From Candidatus Poribacteria bacterium (GTDB lineage Bacteria; Poribacteria; WGA-4E; UBA9662), in the NCBI GenBank assembly GCA_046582655.1, contig JAYGDX010000179.1, forward strand, positions 1 to 27,370: DNA of 27,370 nt, written 5' to 3'. The first letter of the stretch is position 1; every line of letters begins with the position of its first letter. Of the stretch, positions 26,332-27,370 are shown one piece after another. Position numbers and translations under genes: made by a program. A model generated the notes under the pieces. The model searched no databases. It saw nothing but the letters and a program-made list of their open reading frames with translations, and was not told the DNA's origin.

Positions 26332-27045
26332 CTAACGTTTGAGTTCAGCCCAAGCCGTGGCTAATTTCTTCGCGGAATCAACAACCATTGGTTTGACGCC
26401 TTCTCCCTCAAGCGAAAACGAATCAACCAAAAAGACTACGGTCTTACCACCCCAGTTATTCATGATACCTAAACCAACTTTCTTGACTTGCTTGATCTTG
26501 TGTGCCCAAGTTTTATTGCCAATCTGTTTCCAATCATCGCCCTCTTTTCGCTTGACATAGCCTGTAAATACATCCTTCTTTTTCTCTAACTTTAGATGCA
26601 ACGGCACGTCGAAGCCCGTTTCAAAATGCCCCTTATCCTGCCACGCACCTTGAACCATACTACCAATCAGGGCTTTCTGTGGCTGATTGGCTTCTCCACC
26701 ATATAGCAAACAGGCGAAATCCATCTGATCTGAACCGAAAATAAACATTCCGACCCAAGCATCAACCGGTTTTTCCGGTTCAGAGGAGAAGATTCCGCTG
26801 ACAATCAGGTTTTGGCTGCTGGCGGGAACATCACGTTCCAACATCGCCTTGTCAGCGGTCATATGTCCCCAATTTCCTTTCTGGTTGTTCATTCTCAGAA
26901 ATCCATCCTTAACTTCTGTTTTAGTTACCTTTTCGCGCCGGTCCCGAAATTCCCACTCCTTAGCAAGTGTTTCTCCCTCGAAATCGTCGGTCCAAACACC
27001 AGGCAGTGCCACTGGAATTAAGACCGCAATTATCGCTAAAGTCAT
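26332..27045 (-). CDS. Secreted beta-sandwich (concanavalin A-like) hypothetical protein with conserved C-terminal tail
   Basis: Signal-like hydrophobic N-terminus, DDFEG..L..EW, LKLEKK...FTGY....G..W and VGL. Ends VVDSAKKLATAWAELKR. The RBS-supported ATG at 27062 is out of frame across an A7 run. Confidence 0.8.
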   Translation of the reverse strand: MTLAIIAVLIPVALPGVWTDDFEGETLAKEWEFRDRREKVTKTEVKDGFLRMNNQKGNWGHMTADKAMLERDVPASSQNLIVSGIFSSEPEKPVDAWVGMFIFGSDQMDFACLLYGGEANQPQKALIGSMVQGAWQDKGHFETGFDVPLHLKLEKKKDVFTGYVKRKEGDDWKQIGNKTWAHKIKQVKKVGLGIMNNWGGKTVVFLVDSFSLEGEGVKPMVVDSAKKLATAWAELKR

Positions 27046-27089
27046 GACGATATTTTTTTCATTATATTTCTCCTTGATTTATGTGTTTT

Positions 27090-27370
27090 TCACTCATATT
27101 TAAGTTTACTCCAAGTGGACGCCAACATCCCTACAGGAGACACAGGAGCGCCACCCAGCACTTTTGCTAGGCCCTGATCCATAATCTGTTTGCAGACCTT
27201 CTTCACCAAGTACAATGTTAAAAATAGCGGCTTCATCGATGATACCGACGAAGAATGAGCCCCCTCCCCAACGACCGATCTCAACTGGATTTTCCGTCGC
27301 TGTGATCTTTCCTGGTCGGGTGCTCACGCCAGCTTGAACGCCATTGACATATACAATTAAGTGCTCGTTT
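27090..27370 (-). CDS. C-terminal part of a LamG-like domain protein (runs off the window; frameshift near its 3' end)
   Basis: LIVYVNG...NPVEIGRWGGGSFFVGIIDEAAIFN in one frame. After a +1 near 27186 it continues IMDQGL..VSPVGMLASTWSKLKYE*. Confidence 0.8.

Overview
This is a bacterial accessory-metabolism region, most consistent with Candidatus Poribacteria. That is an inference from four PhyH-family dioxygenase genes and from secreted LamG/beta-sandwich proteins ending in a V-x4-[KM]-L-x3-W-x2-[IL]-K tail. The lower-GC backbone (roughly low-to-mid 40s % by spot counts) encodes sugar/sugar-acid catabolic enzymes: two Zn-ADHs, a KduD-like SDR, an enolase-superfamily enzyme, two NAD-dependent epimerases, a GHMP-kinase/GalU fusion, a sulfatase, a creatininase, a nitrilase, a HisJ-type PHP and an alpha/beta hydrolase. 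It is interrupted by a ~7 kb higher-GC block (~2960-10050). The block holds a truncated JmjC/cupin gene, three tandem ceramidase-like paralogs and a large secreted glycoside-hydrolase-like gene, and every gene in it is damaged. About ten genes in the window carry frameshifts, nonsense codons, multi-codon deletions or short tandem duplications, clustered gene by gene. The most striking structural signal is an intragenic 38-bp inverted repeat (8281-8318 / 8400-8437) around an 81-bp segment that appears to be flipped coding sequence. I found no rRNA, tRNA, CRISPR array, integrase or transposase.
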